From contig JAWODC010000090.1 in the NCBI GenBank assembly GCA_046483495.1, forward strand, positions 32,001 through 96,000: a stretch of DNA of 64,000 bases, given 5' to 3'. The stretch's first letter is position 1; the number at the start of each line of letters is the position of its first letter. The notes below the pieces were generated by a model, which did no database searches, was not told the origin of the DNA, and was given only the letters and a program-made list of their open reading frames with translations. The stretch is from Desulfobacterales bacterium (lineage in GTDB: Bacteria; Desulfobacterota; Desulfobacteria; Desulfobacterales; UBA5616). This document shows positions 19,897-30,428 of the stretch, one piece after another. A program made the translations under genes and the position numbers.

Positions 19897-20400
19897 ATGA
19901 AAGCAAACGACCCCGATTTCATCGTTACCACCCATGGTACGGACCATACGCGATTGGTGGCGGAAAAAATCGGCGCTGTTCTGTCGTCGGGATTGGTCAT
20001 TGCTTTAACCGGGGATTTGGGCAGCGGTAAAACCGCATTCGTTCAAGGACTTGCAAAAGGTCTTGAAGTTTCCGAAAAATATTATATAAACAGCCCCACC
20101 TATACTCTTTTGAATGAATACCGTGGAAGAATGCTGTTGGCGCACGCGGACCTCTACCGACTGGATTTCGGCGATGACATCGAGAGCATCGGCTTGTTCG
20201 ATATGCCTGATCGGCATTGCGTAATTGCCATTGAATGGGCCGACAAGCTGGATGGCAGGGATTTTGATGAATATCTCTCCGTGCACATCGAAATCCGCGA
20301 CGAAAACAGCCGGGCCCTCGCCTTTACAGCGCACGGCGGATATCCGAAGATGGTGATTGACTTGCTTAGAACAAAGTTCAAGGAGCTCAAATGGCTTTGA
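19897..20400 (+). CDS. tsaE: tRNA threonylcarbamoyladenosine biosynthesis ATPase TsaE
   Basis: Motifs GDLGSGKT, SPTYTL, HADLYRL and IEWA. Confidence 0.95.
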   Translation: MKANDPDFIVTTHGTDHTRLVAEKIGAVLSSGLVIALTGDLGSGKTAFVQGLAKGLEVSEKYYINSPTYTLLNEYRGRMLLAHADLYRLDFGDDIESIGLFDMPDRHCVIAIEWADKLDGRDFDEYLSVHIEIRDENSRALAFTAHGGYPKMVIDLLRTKFKELKWL

Positions 20401-21617
20401 TCGTTCAGAAATACGGCGGCACCTCAGTCGCCGATATCGATCGCATACGCAATGTGGCAAAACAGGTATCGAAAACATACGATGACGGAAACGATGTGGT
20501 GGTGGTCCTGTCCGCCATGGCCGGGGTTACCGACAACCTGATTGGTCAGGCGCATCAGATTTCGGACAGGCCGGACAAACGGGAGTTGGACGTGCTGTTG
20601 ACCACGGGTGAACAAACGACGGCCGCGCTGTTGGCCATGACCCTTTTGTCGATGAATTATCCTGCGATATCCCTCCTGGGTCACCAGGCGGAAGTGGTCA
20701 CCGACTGCACGCACGGTGATGCCCGTATTCTGGATATCGGGGCACATCGCATCGAGGAAATGGTGGCGCAGCATAAGATCGTCATCGTCGCAGGGTTTCA
20801 GGGATGCACGGAAAATGGTGATATCACCACGTTGGGCCGAGGGGGATCGGATACATCGGCGGTTGCCATTGCAGCGGCTATACATGCGGATGTATGCGAA
20901 ATTTACACCGATGTAGACGGCATTTATACCACCGATCCCAATATCTGCGCAAAAGCCAGGAAAATGAAGCGCATCTGCTTCGAAGAAATGCTTGAAATGG
21001 CCAGTCTCGGGGCCAAGGTGCTGCAGATTCGATCGGTTGAATTCGCTAAAAAATACAATGTCCCCGTCCATGTCAGGTCATCTTTTAACGAGGAGGAAGG
21101 AACCATGATGGTGAATGAAGAAGATGTAATGGAAAGGCTCGTCGTCTCGGGCATCACCTGCAATAAAAACGAGGCGCGAATCACTCTGCGAAAGGTTCCG
21201 GACCAACCGGGCATTGCGGCCAAGGTGTTCGGCCCCATAGCCGATGCCAACATCCTGGTGGACATGATCATTCAGAATACGCGACAGGGCGGGCAGACCG
21301 ACCTGACGTTCACCGTACCGGAAAAAGACTACGAATCCGCCATGGCGATCGCCCGACAGATTGCAGGTCGGATAGAGGCTGAAGACGTTCTGGGCGATAC
21401 CGATATCGCCAAGGTCTCGGTGGTCGGCGTGGGGATGAAAAATCATGCCGGTGTAGCGGCGAAAATGTTTTCAACCCTTGCCGCTGAAAACATCAACATC
21501 CGCTTGATCACCACTTCTGAAATACGGATATCTTGTGTGATAACCGAAAAGTATGCCGAACTTGCCGTCAGGGCGCTTCACGAGGCTTTCGGATTGGACA
21601 CGGATGAAAGCGTTTAA
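20391..21617 (+). CDS. lysC: Aspartate kinase
   Basis: Motifs VQKYGGTSV, TLGRGGSDT and YTDVDG; two ACT domains. Confidence 0.97.
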   Translation: MALIVQKYGGTSVADIDRIRNVAKQVSKTYDDGNDVVVVLSAMAGVTDNLIGQAHQISDRPDKRELDVLLTTGEQTTAALLAMTLLSMNYPAISLLGHQAEVVTDCTHGDARILDIGAHRIEEMVAQHKIVIVAGFQGCTENGDITTLGRGGSDTSAVAIAAAIHADVCEIYTDVDGIYTTDPNICAKARKMKRICFEEMLEMASLGAKVLQIRSVEFAKKYNVPVHVRSSFNEEEGTMMVNEEDVMERLVVSGITCNKNEARITLRKVPDQPGIAAKVFGPIADANILVDMIIQNTRQGGQTDLTFTVPEKDYESAMAIARQIAGRIEAEDVLGDTDIAKVSVVGVGMKNHAGVAAKMFSTLAAENINIRLITTSEIRISCVITEKYAELAVRALHEAFGLDTDESV

Positions 21618-21704
21618 TCGCTACCAGCAGGTCCTGGTTTTGTTTCTGGCGGCGGTGATTGCCTTTCTTATTTTTTGTCGTTCGTTTTATACGGAAAGGA
21701 TGTA

Positions 21705-23309
21705 ATGGGCAACGGCACTGCTATCGATGCAACAAAACGAAACGACCGAATCGCACATGCCGAATGTGATCATTTCGATGTGGCCGTTATCGGAGCCGGC
21801 ATCACGGGCTGCGGCATCGCCCGGGAAACGGCCATGCGCGGCATGCGCACCCTGCTCGTTGATGCCGATGATATCGGTTCGGGAACTTCCAGCCGTTCAT
21901 CGAAACTCATTCACGGCGGATTGCGCTATCTGGCACAGGGCCAGATGACGGTCGTTCGGGAAGCCGCCCGGGAACGGCGGATTCTAAGAAGAATAGCGCC
22001 CCATCTTTCCCTGACGAATATCATGGTCGTGTTGGCCCATTCCAAAAAATCCATCAACGTTCTCAGAACCGGCATGTGGACCTATGAAACAATGGGGGGC
22101 GTCGATTCGGGCGAACGCCATCGATTGTGGACTCCTGAAGAAGTGAATGCCAAAGAACCGGCTGTTCGATGGGACGCATTTGCCGGTGCGATCGTGTATC
22201 CGGAATACCTGACGGACGATGCCCGTTTGACATTGGCCAATGCCCGGAGTGCAGCGGGATGCGGGGCTGTTGTCATCAACTACATGGCCGTGACGGATGT
22301 GCTGTTCGAAAACGGCGCCGTTTCGGGACTGGTGCTGCAGAACACAGCCGGTGATGACGCTCAAAGGGTTCGAATCAGGGCTCGGAAAGTGGTCAATGCA
22401 GCGGGCCCATGGGTCGATGCCGTTCGAAAATTCGAGGATCCCGATGCCGAGGACAAGCTCCAGTTGACCAAGGGGATTCATCTGGTGGTATCGCGCACCC
22501 GCCTTCCGCTCCACCATACCGTTGTGTGGGCGGCAGCCGACGGCAGAGGCCTCTTTGCCGTACCGAGGGGCCGGTTCGTTTACATCGGTACGACGGATAC
22601 CTTTTTCTCGATTCCGGTATACTGGCCTGAAATCACCCGGGATGATGTCGGTTATCTCCTCGAATCCACGAATCGGACGTTTGCCGTCGACCCGCTGCGG
22701 GACGCGGACATTCTTGCGCTGTGGTCCGGCATCCGACCCCTGCTGGGCGCCAAAGGTAAGAAACCGTCCGAAATATCCCGCCGAAACGAGATTCTCAAAG
22801 GACCGGGCGGCATGTTGACCATCGCCGGCGGCAAACTGACCAGTTACCGGGCCATGGCACAACGGACGGCGGACCAGATCGAAAAGGATCTCGGCAGAAG
22901 TGTTTCCCCATCGAGAACCGGGGAAGAGCCGCTTCCGGGCGGCGATTTTACCGAACCGTTCGAAAACCTGAAAGCCCGTGTCGCCAAACTCGGATTGCCG
23001 GAAGACGAAGCCGAGCGGGCCGCCAATCTGTATGGCACGGAAGCCCTCGACCTGTTTTCAAACGGGACCGGACCGGCCGTGGAGGCCGAGTTCGCTGTAA
23101 AGACCGAGGGGGCTCTCCTGCTGGAAGATTACTGGATCAGGCGGAGCGCCCGATCCTATTTCGATGAAAACTGCGGGTTCGGCGCGCTGATTCCGGCCTC
23201 CAGGAAAATGGGTGAATTGCTGAACTGGTCCGAAGCATTCCGCAGTAAACAGGTGAATGCATGTAAGCACAAAAAAGATGCAACCTTTTCGGTTATCCAA
23301 TGCGAATGA
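21705..23309 (+). CDS. glpD: FAD-dependent glycerol-3-phosphate dehydrogenase/oxidase
   Basis: Motifs GAGITG, GTSSRSSKLIHGGLRYL, TDDARL, GTTDT and GGKLTSYR. Confidence 0.88.
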   Translation: MGNGTAIDATKRNDRIAHAECDHFDVAVIGAGITGCGIARETAMRGMRTLLVDADDIGSGTSSRSSKLIHGGLRYLAQGQMTVVREAARERRILRRIAPHLSLTNIMVVLAHSKKSINVLRTGMWTYETMGGVDSGERHRLWTPEEVNAKEPAVRWDAFAGAIVYPEYLTDDARLTLANARSAAGCGAVVINYMAVTDVLFENGAVSGLVLQNTAGDDAQRVRIRARKVVNAAGPWVDAVRKFEDPDAEDKLQLTKGIHLVVSRTRLPLHHTVVWAAADGRGLFAVPRGRFVYIGTTDTFFSIPVYWPEITRDDVGYLLESTNRTFAVDPLRDADILALWSGIRPLLGAKGKKPSEISRRNEILKGPGGMLTIAGGKLTSYRAMAQRTADQIEKDLGRSVSPSRTGEEPLPGGDFTEPFENLKARVAKLGLPEDEAERAANLYGTEALDLFSNGTGPAVEAEFAVKTEGALLLEDYWIRRSARSYFDENCGFGALIPASRKMGELLNWSEAFRSKQVNACKHKKDATFSVIQCE

Positions 23310-23349
23310 TGACGGTTTCCGTTCAATCGAAATTTCCAATCGCTGACAT

Positions 23350-24267
23350 ATGGATATCATCAATACCATTGTTCCCATCTTTTCCGTGATATTCATCGGA
23401 TGGTTCGCCCATCGTAAGCACTTTTTCCCCCGATCGTTTCTTGAACCCGCCAACCGCATCGTATTTTACATCGCGATACCGGCTATGATTTTCAGGGCTG
23501 TTTCAAACACCTCCTTTTCCAGGAATTTCAATCCGGATCTACTGGCCGTCGCCCTCATTTCCCTGACCCTGATTTATCTTTTGTCATGGGCGGGCGGTGT
23601 TTTTCTCAACCTGAAAAAGGGAAGCCTGGGCAGTTTTGTTCAGAGTTCATCCCACTGCAACATCGGATATATCGCCTTTGCCGTGGCGTTTTACTACCTC
23701 GGGCAGGAAGGGCTTGCAGCGACAGGCCTGTTTGCCGGATTTATCATGATTCTTCAGAATCTATACTCGGTCACGGCATTGACCGCCGCGAGGAAGGACG
23801 GTTTCGGTAACGGGGAGATATTCAGAATGGCCAAACAGGTGGTGCTGAACCCGATCATCTTATCGGCAGCCCTGGGAATTGTATTTTCAGCAGCCGAAAT
23901 TCCTCTTCCCGTTTTTGCTTCGCGGGCGTTGGATATTTTGGGCGGCATGGGGCTTCCCACGGCACTTCTCATTATCGGGGCTTCCCTGTCGCCGGAAAAG
24001 ATTCGAACGGGCTTTTGGGTCGTTGCCGCATCCTGTTTCATCAAGCTGGTCCTGCTTCCGGCGATTTCCCTCGGGTTGTTTGCCTTTTGGGGCATATCCG
24101 GTGAAGAGCGCCTGCCCATTCTGATCATACTCGCCTCCCCCACCGCTACCGTTGCTTATGTTATGGCCGGTGAAATGGGTGGTGACGCCAATCTTGCCGC
24201 CGCCGTCATAAGCCTGTGCACCATCCTTTCGTCCATTACCTTTCTTTTTTGGCTGAATATGGTTTAG
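23350..24267 (+). CDS. AEC (auxin efflux carrier) family transporter
   Basis: About 10 TM helices; motifs IVPIF, VFYIAIPA, NPIILS, KLVLLP and SPTATVAYVMA. Confidence 0.85.
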   Translation: MDIINTIVPIFSVIFIGWFAHRKHFFPRSFLEPANRIVFYIAIPAMIFRAVSNTSFSRNFNPDLLAVALISLTLIYLLSWAGGVFLNLKKGSLGSFVQSSSHCNIGYIAFAVAFYYLGQEGLAATGLFAGFIMILQNLYSVTALTAARKDGFGNGEIFRMAKQVVLNPIILSAALGIVFSAAEIPLPVFASRALDILGGMGLPTALLIIGASLSPEKIRTGFWVVAASCFIKLVLLPAISLGLFAFWGISGEERLPILIILASPTATVAYVMAGEMGGDANLAAAVISLCTILSSITFLFWLNMV

Positions 24268-24279
24268 GCGGGCCTTTGT

Positions 24280-24340
24280 TCTCCCGCAGAGGCGCAGAAA
24301 GATCAGTCATTCTCTGTGCGCCCTGCGTCTCTGCGGGAGA
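24280..24340. repeat. REP-like inverted repeat between convergent genes
   Basis: TCTCCCGCAGAGGCGCAG ... CTGCGTCTCTGCGGGAGA, an 18-bp arm with one mismatch, abutting the pyrF stop codon. Confidence 0.7.
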
Positions 24341-25066
24341 CTACCTTGCGAGTCCTTCGTCAATGGCTTCTGTGATGTGCCGAACGGCCGCAACAGGATC
24401 GGCCGCATCCCGGATGGGCCTGCCGATTACCAGGTAATCGGAACCGGACCGCACAGCATCGGCCGGTGTGGCCACACGCTTCTGGTCGTCCATGGAAACG
24501 GAATCCGCCTCGAGTCGTATACCGGGTGTAACGGCCAGAAAATCCCGCCCCAAAGCCGTTTTTATGGCGGCCGTTTCCCGCCCCGAACATACGACACCGG
24601 CACAGCCGGCTTCCTTCGCGGCGGCCGCCCTTTTCAACACCAGGCGGGTCGGATCATCGGCGAATGCATCATTGTATCCGGCCAGAGCAAGATCCTTTCC
24701 GGAAACGCTCGTCAGCACGGTTACCCCCAACACCTTCAAGCGCTCACGGCTGCCGGCAACCGCCGCTTTCAGCATTTCGGTGGATTCGCCGCAATGCACC
24801 GTGGCAAACGCGACCCCCAATTCCGCCGTACGGGCCATGGCCCGCTCTACTGTAGCCGGAATGTCATGAAGCTTCAAATCGAGAAATATGCCGGCGTCGC
24901 CCTCCATGGTGATCATCTTGACGATATCGGGTCCGCAGTGGATAAAAAGCTCGAGCCCGACTTTGAACATGCCGACATGGGGGGACAGCAGCTTAACATA
25001 GTGCCGTGCTGTCTGAAACGTCGGGACATCCAGGGGAAAGATGATATATTCCTTTGCGCGCTTCAC
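24341..25066 (-). CDS. pyrF: Orotidine-5'-phosphate decarboxylase
   Basis: Motifs FKVGLE, FLDLKLHDIPATV, VTVLTS, TPGIR and IGRPI; GTG start overlapping the ACAD stop codon. Confidence 0.96.
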   Translation of the reverse strand: MKRAKEYIIFPLDVPTFQTARHYVKLLSPHVGMFKVGLELFIHCGPDIVKMITMEGDAGIFLDLKLHDIPATVERAMARTAELGVAFATVHCGESTEMLKAAVAGSRERLKVLGVTVLTSVSGKDLALAGYNDAFADDPTRLVLKRAAAAKEAGCAGVVCSGRETAAIKTALGRDFLAVTPGIRLEADSVSMDDQKRVATPADAVRSGSDYLVIGRPIRDAADPVAAVRHITEAIDEGLAR

Positions 25067-26787
25067 AGCACCTCGCCTTCGATGATGTCATTGTGGCAGT
25101 CGATAACCTTCATATCATCGGACATGATGCAACTCAAGGCGGCGGACACACGCGCGGAGGCTTTTGTCAGGAAAACGGCGGCGGTTTTTTTCTTCAGATC
25201 GGATGCCGTCGCATCTCTGCACATCAAATAGGCAAGGACGGTATCGGTAGCGATCTCCACTAGTCGCCGGGCGTGGTATTCCTGGAATTCCGGTTGCTTC
25301 TTTTCCTTGACATGGGATACGGCCGTCTCCAGATGCCGACGCAAATTCGAGGCTGTTTCAAAGAGATCCGGAATCCGGGAAACGTCCGTCCGGGTTTCCC
25401 AATCATTGAGCCGCTCGGTCACCACACCCCCCATGACACCGCCGATGGCCGCGACAACCTGAAGCTGGGTGGTGCCTTCGTAAATGCTGGTGATCCGGGC
25501 ATCCCGCCAAAGGCGCTCAACCGGAAACTCACAGGTATATCCCACGCCCCCGTGAACCTGTATCGCATCATAGCAGATCCGGTTGGCCGCTTCCGCTGCA
25601 TATGCCTTGACCATAGGCGTGAACAGGGCCGCATACCTGGCATACCGCTTGGCGTCTTCCTTCACGTTTTCCCGGCTTACCGGAACGTCTTCCATGTAAT
25701 GTTCGATGCCCTCCTTAATGTCGACTATCCTGGAAGTTTCGTAAAGGAGGGTTCGGGCGGCCTCTATGGTGACTTTCATATCCGTGAGCATTTCATAAAC
25801 CGCTGAGAATTCACGGATAGGTCTTTTAAACTGGACCCTGGAAGCGGCATATCGGCGAGCCTCCCGAAAGGCCGATTCAGCGATCCCGACCGCTTGAGCC
25901 GCAACACCGAGGCGGGCGCCGTTCATCAGAGACATCGTATATTTCACCAGGCCCATCTTTCGCTTGCCAAGCAGCTCCGCCGGTGCATTGTCGAACTGGA
26001 TTTCACAGGTGGGAGACCCATGGATACCCAGCTTATGCTCGATCCGACGGATCTTCATACGGTCATCCCGTTCGTAGATAAACAAGGATACGCCCCGCCC
26101 CCCGGAGGATCCTTCTTCGGAACGGGCCATGACCAGGGAAATGTCGGCGCATCCGTTGGTAATAAACCGTTTTACGCCGTTTAACAGCCATGTGCCGTCT
26201 TCATTTTCATGGGCTTTCATGACGATGGACTGCAGATCGGAACCCGCATCCGGTTCGGTCAACGCCATGGCACCCATAACCTCGCCTGCGGCGAACCGCG
26301 GCAGAAAACGTTCTTTCTGGTCCTCGGAGCCGAAATTGCAAATGGTGTCCGCGATCTCTTGAAGACCGAAAATATTCATCAGTGCGGCGTCTGCGCGGGA
26401 TATCATCTCGATGGCCATGGAATAAACGGTTTTCGGCATATTGATGCCCCCGTATTTCCGTGGAAGGGTAAACCCCGTCAAATCGGATTTTTTGAGCCGA
26501 TCCAAGGCCTCGAGCGTTCCCGGCGCATACACCACCTCACCATCCTTGAACATCGCGCCGACCGCATCGACCTCGGCCGCCCGCGGAGCCACAAAATCGC
26601 CGGCGATCTCACCCACAATGTCGAGGACGCGGTGGTAATTGTCCCTGGCGTCATCGGCATCCTTCGGCGCATAAGGAAATTCATCCTTTTCTTCAAAATT
26701 GTTTTCCCTGAGTTCGATAATCCTGGAAAGGTCCATCTGCTTCATATGGAATAGAATGTCAGGATTGTCTCTATAGAAATTCGGCAC
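25063..26787 (-). CDS. Acyl-CoA dehydrogenase with C-terminal extension (Etf-associated)
   Basis: Motifs ALTEPDAGSD, GVKRFITNG, KLGIHGSPT and RDARITSIYEGTTQLQ. Confidence 0.93.
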   Translation of the reverse strand: MPNFYRDNPDILFHMKQMDLSRIIELRENNFEEKDEFPYAPKDADDARDNYHRVLDIVGEIAGDFVAPRAAEVDAVGAMFKDGEVVYAPGTLEALDRLKKSDLTGFTLPRKYGGINMPKTVYSMAIEMISRADAALMNIFGLQEIADTICNFGSEDQKERFLPRFAAGEVMGAMALTEPDAGSDLQSIVMKAHENEDGTWLLNGVKRFITNGCADISLVMARSEEGSSGGRGVSLFIYERDDRMKIRRIEHKLGIHGSPTCEIQFDNAPAELLGKRKMGLVKYTMSLMNGARLGVAAQAVGIAESAFREARRYAASRVQFKRPIREFSAVYEMLTDMKVTIEAARTLLYETSRIVDIKEGIEHYMEDVPVSRENVKEDAKRYARYAALFTPMVKAYAAEAANRICYDAIQVHGGVGYTCEFPVERLWRDARITSIYEGTTQLQVVAAIGGVMGGVVTERLNDWETRTDVSRIPDLFETASNLRRHLETAVSHVKEKKQPEFQEYHARRLVEIATDTVLAYLMCRDATASDLKKKTAAVFLTKASARVSAALSCIMSDDMKVIDCHNDIIEGEVL

Positions 26788-26797
26788 CGGCTCCTCC

Positions 26798-27805
26798 TTA
26801 CGCCCCTGACTTGCAGGCGGTTATCATTTTGGGGATGACATCATGAATATCGCCGACGATGCCGTAATGGGCGATGTTGAAGATCGGGGCATCCGGATCA
26901 CGGTTGATGGCAATAATCCGTTTGGAATCCGCCATGCCCGCCCGATGTTGAATCTGACCGGATATTCCGCAGGCAATGTATAGATTGGGCCGTACCGTCA
27001 CCCCGGTTTGGCCGACCTGGCGGCTCCGGTCCAGCCAACCGGCATCAGCAACCGGACGGGAGGCTCCTACGGCGCCGCCGAGGGTCTTTGCCAGTGCATG
27101 GACAAGCGCAAGCCCCTCCGGCCCGCCGACGCCCATCCCCGCCGAGACAATGATTTTTGCGGATTTTAGATGAACGGTTCGATGCTGCCGCACGACCTCG
27201 ATCACCTCCGTTAAAAAGTTCTCTTCGGGAAGTCCGCAGGTCCGTTTGACGATCGCCGCTTTCCCTGAACAATCGGGATCGGCCGTTTTCATGACCCCTT
27301 CCCTTACAGTGGCCATGCTGGGATGGCTTTCCGGCGATACAATGGTGGCAATGATGTTGCCCCCGAATGCCGGGCGAATCTGATGAAGAATATCGTGATA
27401 GACCCTCTGTTTGGTTTTATGGTCCCCGATTGCGAGTTGGGTGCAGTCGGCCGTAAGACCGCATTTTAACGCGGACGCCACCCGCGGCGCCACATCCCTG
27501 CCCATAGTGGTTGCACCGAACAGAACGATTCGGGGATGATGCTCTTTGATGGTATCGATAATGATTTTTGAAAATGGAACGGAAGAAAAGTGATATAACC
27601 GCTTGTCATCCGTATAAAATATGCTCGAACACCCGTATCGGCCCAATGTTTCGAGTTCCGCTTCGGCCCCATATCCGATAGCCACGCCCTCGACCTCGGC
27701 GTTCAGTTTTCGCGCCAGCCTTCCGGCTTCACAGATCAGTTCCAGGCTCACATCCGCAACCCGGCCTTCATCCAACTCGATAAATACCATTACATTCTGC
27801 GCCAT
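26798..27805 (-). CDS. etfA: Electron transfer flavoprotein alpha subunit
   Basis: Motifs GLTADCT, RPAFGGN, QVGQTG and GISGQIQH. Confidence 0.95.
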   Translation of the reverse strand: MAQNVMVFIELDEGRVADVSLELICEAGRLARKLNAEVEGVAIGYGAEAELETLGRYGCSSIFYTDDKRLYHFSSVPFSKIIIDTIKEHHPRIVLFGATTMGRDVAPRVASALKCGLTADCTQLAIGDHKTKQRVYHDILHQIRPAFGGNIIATIVSPESHPSMATVREGVMKTADPDCSGKAAIVKRTCGLPEENFLTEVIEVVRQHRTVHLKSAKIIVSAGMGVGGPEGLALVHALAKTLGGAVGASRPVADAGWLDRSRQVGQTGVTVRPNLYIACGISGQIQHRAGMADSKRIIAINRDPDAPIFNIAHYGIVGDIHDVIPKMITACKSGA

Positions 27806-27820
27806 ATCCGCTGCCGCTCC

Positions 27821-28690
27821 TTAACCGATAATATGCTCATCTCTCAATTCCTTGATCAGGGACGCGATTCCGACCGGGGTGTTGGGAATTTTCCTGGCCT
27901 CACCGGCCGTCAATACAACGTTCTCGATCTTTTTAACCTTTGTCGGCGAACCGGACAAGCCGCACAGTTCAGGGTCCGCGCCGATGGTTTCGACATTCCA
28001 CTCCTTTGTCCGGGTGCTCAGGCTGCAACCGGCGGGATCCATGTAAGCTTCTTCATAGGACCTTTCACATAACACACTTTCCAGGTTTTTATAGGCCATC
28101 ACCCGCTTTGCGCTGGGATACCGCGGCTCGTTGGCTCCGGCTGCAACGGTAATCAGAACCGGAAAACGGCTTTTTACGATCTCGTAGCCGTTTTCAAATA
28201 CACGCCTTACCGTCACCGCGTCTTCGTTGACGGATACGATATCGACCACGCATGTCAACTGATTCCACCCGAGTTTTTCAGCAATCTGTGGGCCGACCTG
28301 GGCCGTATCACCGTCGATGGCCTGCCTGCCGCAAAGCACCATATCCACCTGCCCGACATGTTCGATCGCACATGTCAGTGCATAAGAGGTGGCAAGCGTA
28401 TCGGCTCCGGCAAATCGCCTGTCCGACACCAGGATCACTTCGTCGGCGCCTCGGTATACGCATTCCTTGAGGACCTCGCGTGCTGACGGCGGTCCCATGG
28501 TAATCGCCGTCACCGTGCCCCCAAGCATATCTTTGATCGTAAGGGCCGATTCCAATGCATTCAGATCTTCAGGATTGAATATGGCCGGCAAAACGCTGCG
28601 GTTCACCGTACCGTCCGGCTTCATGGCGTCGCCGGAGAGATTGTGCGTATCCGGCACCTGTTTTACGGTTACGACCATTTTTATGCCCAT
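27821..28690 (-). CDS. etfB: Electron transfer flavoprotein beta subunit
   Basis: Motifs KQVPD, NPED, TMGPP, FAGADTLATS and DGDTAQVG. Confidence 0.95.
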   Translation of the reverse strand: MGIKMVVTVKQVPDTHNLSGDAMKPDGTVNRSVLPAIFNPEDLNALESALTIKDMLGGTVTAITMGPPSAREVLKECVYRGADEVILVSDRRFAGADTLATSYALTCAIEHVGQVDMVLCGRQAIDGDTAQVGPQIAEKLGWNQLTCVVDIVSVNEDAVTVRRVFENGYEIVKSRFPVLITVAAGANEPRYPSAKRVMAYKNLESVLCERSYEEAYMDPAGCSLSTRTKEWNVETIGADPELCGLSGSPTKVKKIENVVLTAGEARKIPNTPVGIASLIKELRDEHIIG

Positions 28691-28959
28691 GCACTTTCCT
28701 CCCTTTGGAAAAAACGGCCGTCATCGATGCATTGCCGATGAACCCGCCGCTCTATTCCCGGGCAAATTATCAGCGCCCGGGACGCGATGTCAAGGCAATA
28801 AAGCATGACCCGAATCGCCGGCAGGCTTTGGATGATGCCGATATTTATCGGTTCGGTTCAAGGATGTAAAAATTGTTTTTTAAATGGTTGCAAATGTGGT
28901 AATTTGAAGCACCATCCACCAACTTCCAACAACCCTCAAACGCATGTCGAGGAAAGGTC

Positions 28960-29958
28960 ATGAAACATCGCATTCCACTGATTATCATGTTCATCGCACT
29001 GTATGCCGTATGCCCGACATCGGGTGGCGGAGTCCGGGCAGGGCAAACGGAATTTGACGTAACCATCGCCGTCGTAAACGGTGCCGGCATTACCAAGCGG
29101 GATTTCATCTGGGCTTTGTCCAGTGAGGAGCAGCGGTTGACCAGTTCGGGCAAACTCATGTCTCCCGAAGAACTCAATGAGCTGAAAAAAAAGGTTTTAG
29201 ATCATCTGATCGATCGTGAGCTTCTGTATCAGGAAAGCATGAAAAAAAATATCGTTGTGTCCGATGTAATGGTCGATCAGGAATTCGAGAAAATGCGTGA
29301 TGCCATGATTTCCGATATCGACTTCGAAACCATCGAGGCGGAGCTGGGTATGGACATCCATCACATCAAAAACGAATTTCGGCGTGTCTTCGCCATCGAG
29401 ACGTTGATGGCCCGGGAACTGGTTATCGATGACTCGGTGTCGGAAGAGGAATCCCGGCTCTTTTACCAAGCAAACCCGGAAATGTTCACGATTCGGGGAC
29501 CGGTGTATGTCAGTCACATTCTGATACAGGTCGAATCCGGCGCCGATGCGGTACGAAAGGCCCAAGCCAAAAAAAAGGCCGAAGATATCTATAAAAGAGT
29601 ACTGTCCGGAGATGACTTCGCCCAATTGGCGAAATCCTATTCAGAGGGGCCGTCCGCCTTCCGGGGCGGTGATATCGGATGGATCAAGACCGGCCGGACC
29701 GTAAAAGCATTTGAAGACGCGGCTTTTGCCCTGAAGGTCGGTGAAATCAGCGGCATTGTTGAAACGCCTTATGGATTTCACATCATCAAGGTCATGAAAA
29801 AAATACCGGATTCGGTTTTTGCCTACGACGATATTCGGGAGCAGCTCGATGAATTCCTCAAAAAAGAAAAGGCAGACACCGTCAAAAATGCTTACGTACA
29901 GAAGCTTCGTCAAGGGGCGGATATCGACTATCTCATGGATACCGTATCCATTGACTAG
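28960..29958 (+). CDS. PpiC/parvulin-type peptidyl-prolyl isomerase (SurA/PrsA-like)
   Basis: Signal peptide; motifs AVVNG..I, SHILI, FAQLAKSYS, GGDIGW and ETPYGFHIIKV. Confidence 0.9.
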   Translation: MKHRIPLIIMFIALYAVCPTSGGGVRAGQTEFDVTIAVVNGAGITKRDFIWALSSEEQRLTSSGKLMSPEELNELKKKVLDHLIDRELLYQESMKKNIVVSDVMVDQEFEKMRDAMISDIDFETIEAELGMDIHHIKNEFRRVFAIETLMARELVIDDSVSEEESRLFYQANPEMFTIRGPVYVSHILIQVESGADAVRKAQAKKKAEDIYKRVLSGDDFAQLAKSYSEGPSAFRGGDIGWIKTGRTVKAFEDAAFALKVGEISGIVETPYGFHIIKVMKKIPDSVFAYDDIREQLDEFLKKEKADTVKNAYVQKLRQGADIDYLMDTVSID

Positions 29959-30103
29959 AACGGATCTAAAAACCTCCCCTCAGGCCCGATTTCGGCGTTG
30001 GGATGAAGGATTAAATGCTCAAGATACGCAATGTATTCCGGCGCTTGAATCCTCCCTCCCGCCTTGATCTTGGACCTGATTGAAGGTTTTGAAAGCCGTT
30101 CCA
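29956..30103 (+). repeat. Palindromic ~148-bp element, terminus type B
   Basis: Termini TAGAACGGATCTAAAAACCT ... AGGTTTTGAAAGCCGTTCCA. The core ATTTCGGCGTTGG...CTCAAGATAC..ATGTATTCC...CCGCCTTGA is shared with the type A copies. Confidence 0.8.
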
Positions 30104-30127
30104 ACATTTATTCAAAAACAGACCACC

Positions 30128-30379
30128 ATGCCCAAATACAGCCATACGTTTGTAGAAGAGTATAACGGCCTTGTCGGATTCGGACTGGACCGGAAAACGG
30201 ATGAAGCTTCTTTTGTTGTGTATCTCCAAAAATTCTCGGATGACCGGTTAATGGCCGCCTTAAAGGGGCGGCTTACAAAACCCGAAATCGAAGAAATGGT
30301 AGACCTGATCCACCGGCTGATGCGCAACCATTTTTGTGAAGAAGAATATCACCGTCTCTTTCTGAAGGAAGACTCCTGA
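30128..30379 (+). CDS. Small conserved-looking cytoplasmic protein, function unknown
   Basis: 83 aa: MPKYSHTFVEEY.GLVGFGLDR..DE...YLQKFSDD...EEYHRLFLKE. Confidence 0.7.
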   Translation: MPKYSHTFVEEYNGLVGFGLDRKTDEASFVVYLQKFSDDRLMAALKGRLTKPEIEEMVDLIHRLMRNHFCEEEYHRLFLKEDS

Positions 30380-30428
30380 ATTCGGGTCAAAAAAACCGCA
30401 CCCGACCTCTGCAGGTGAATACGATATC

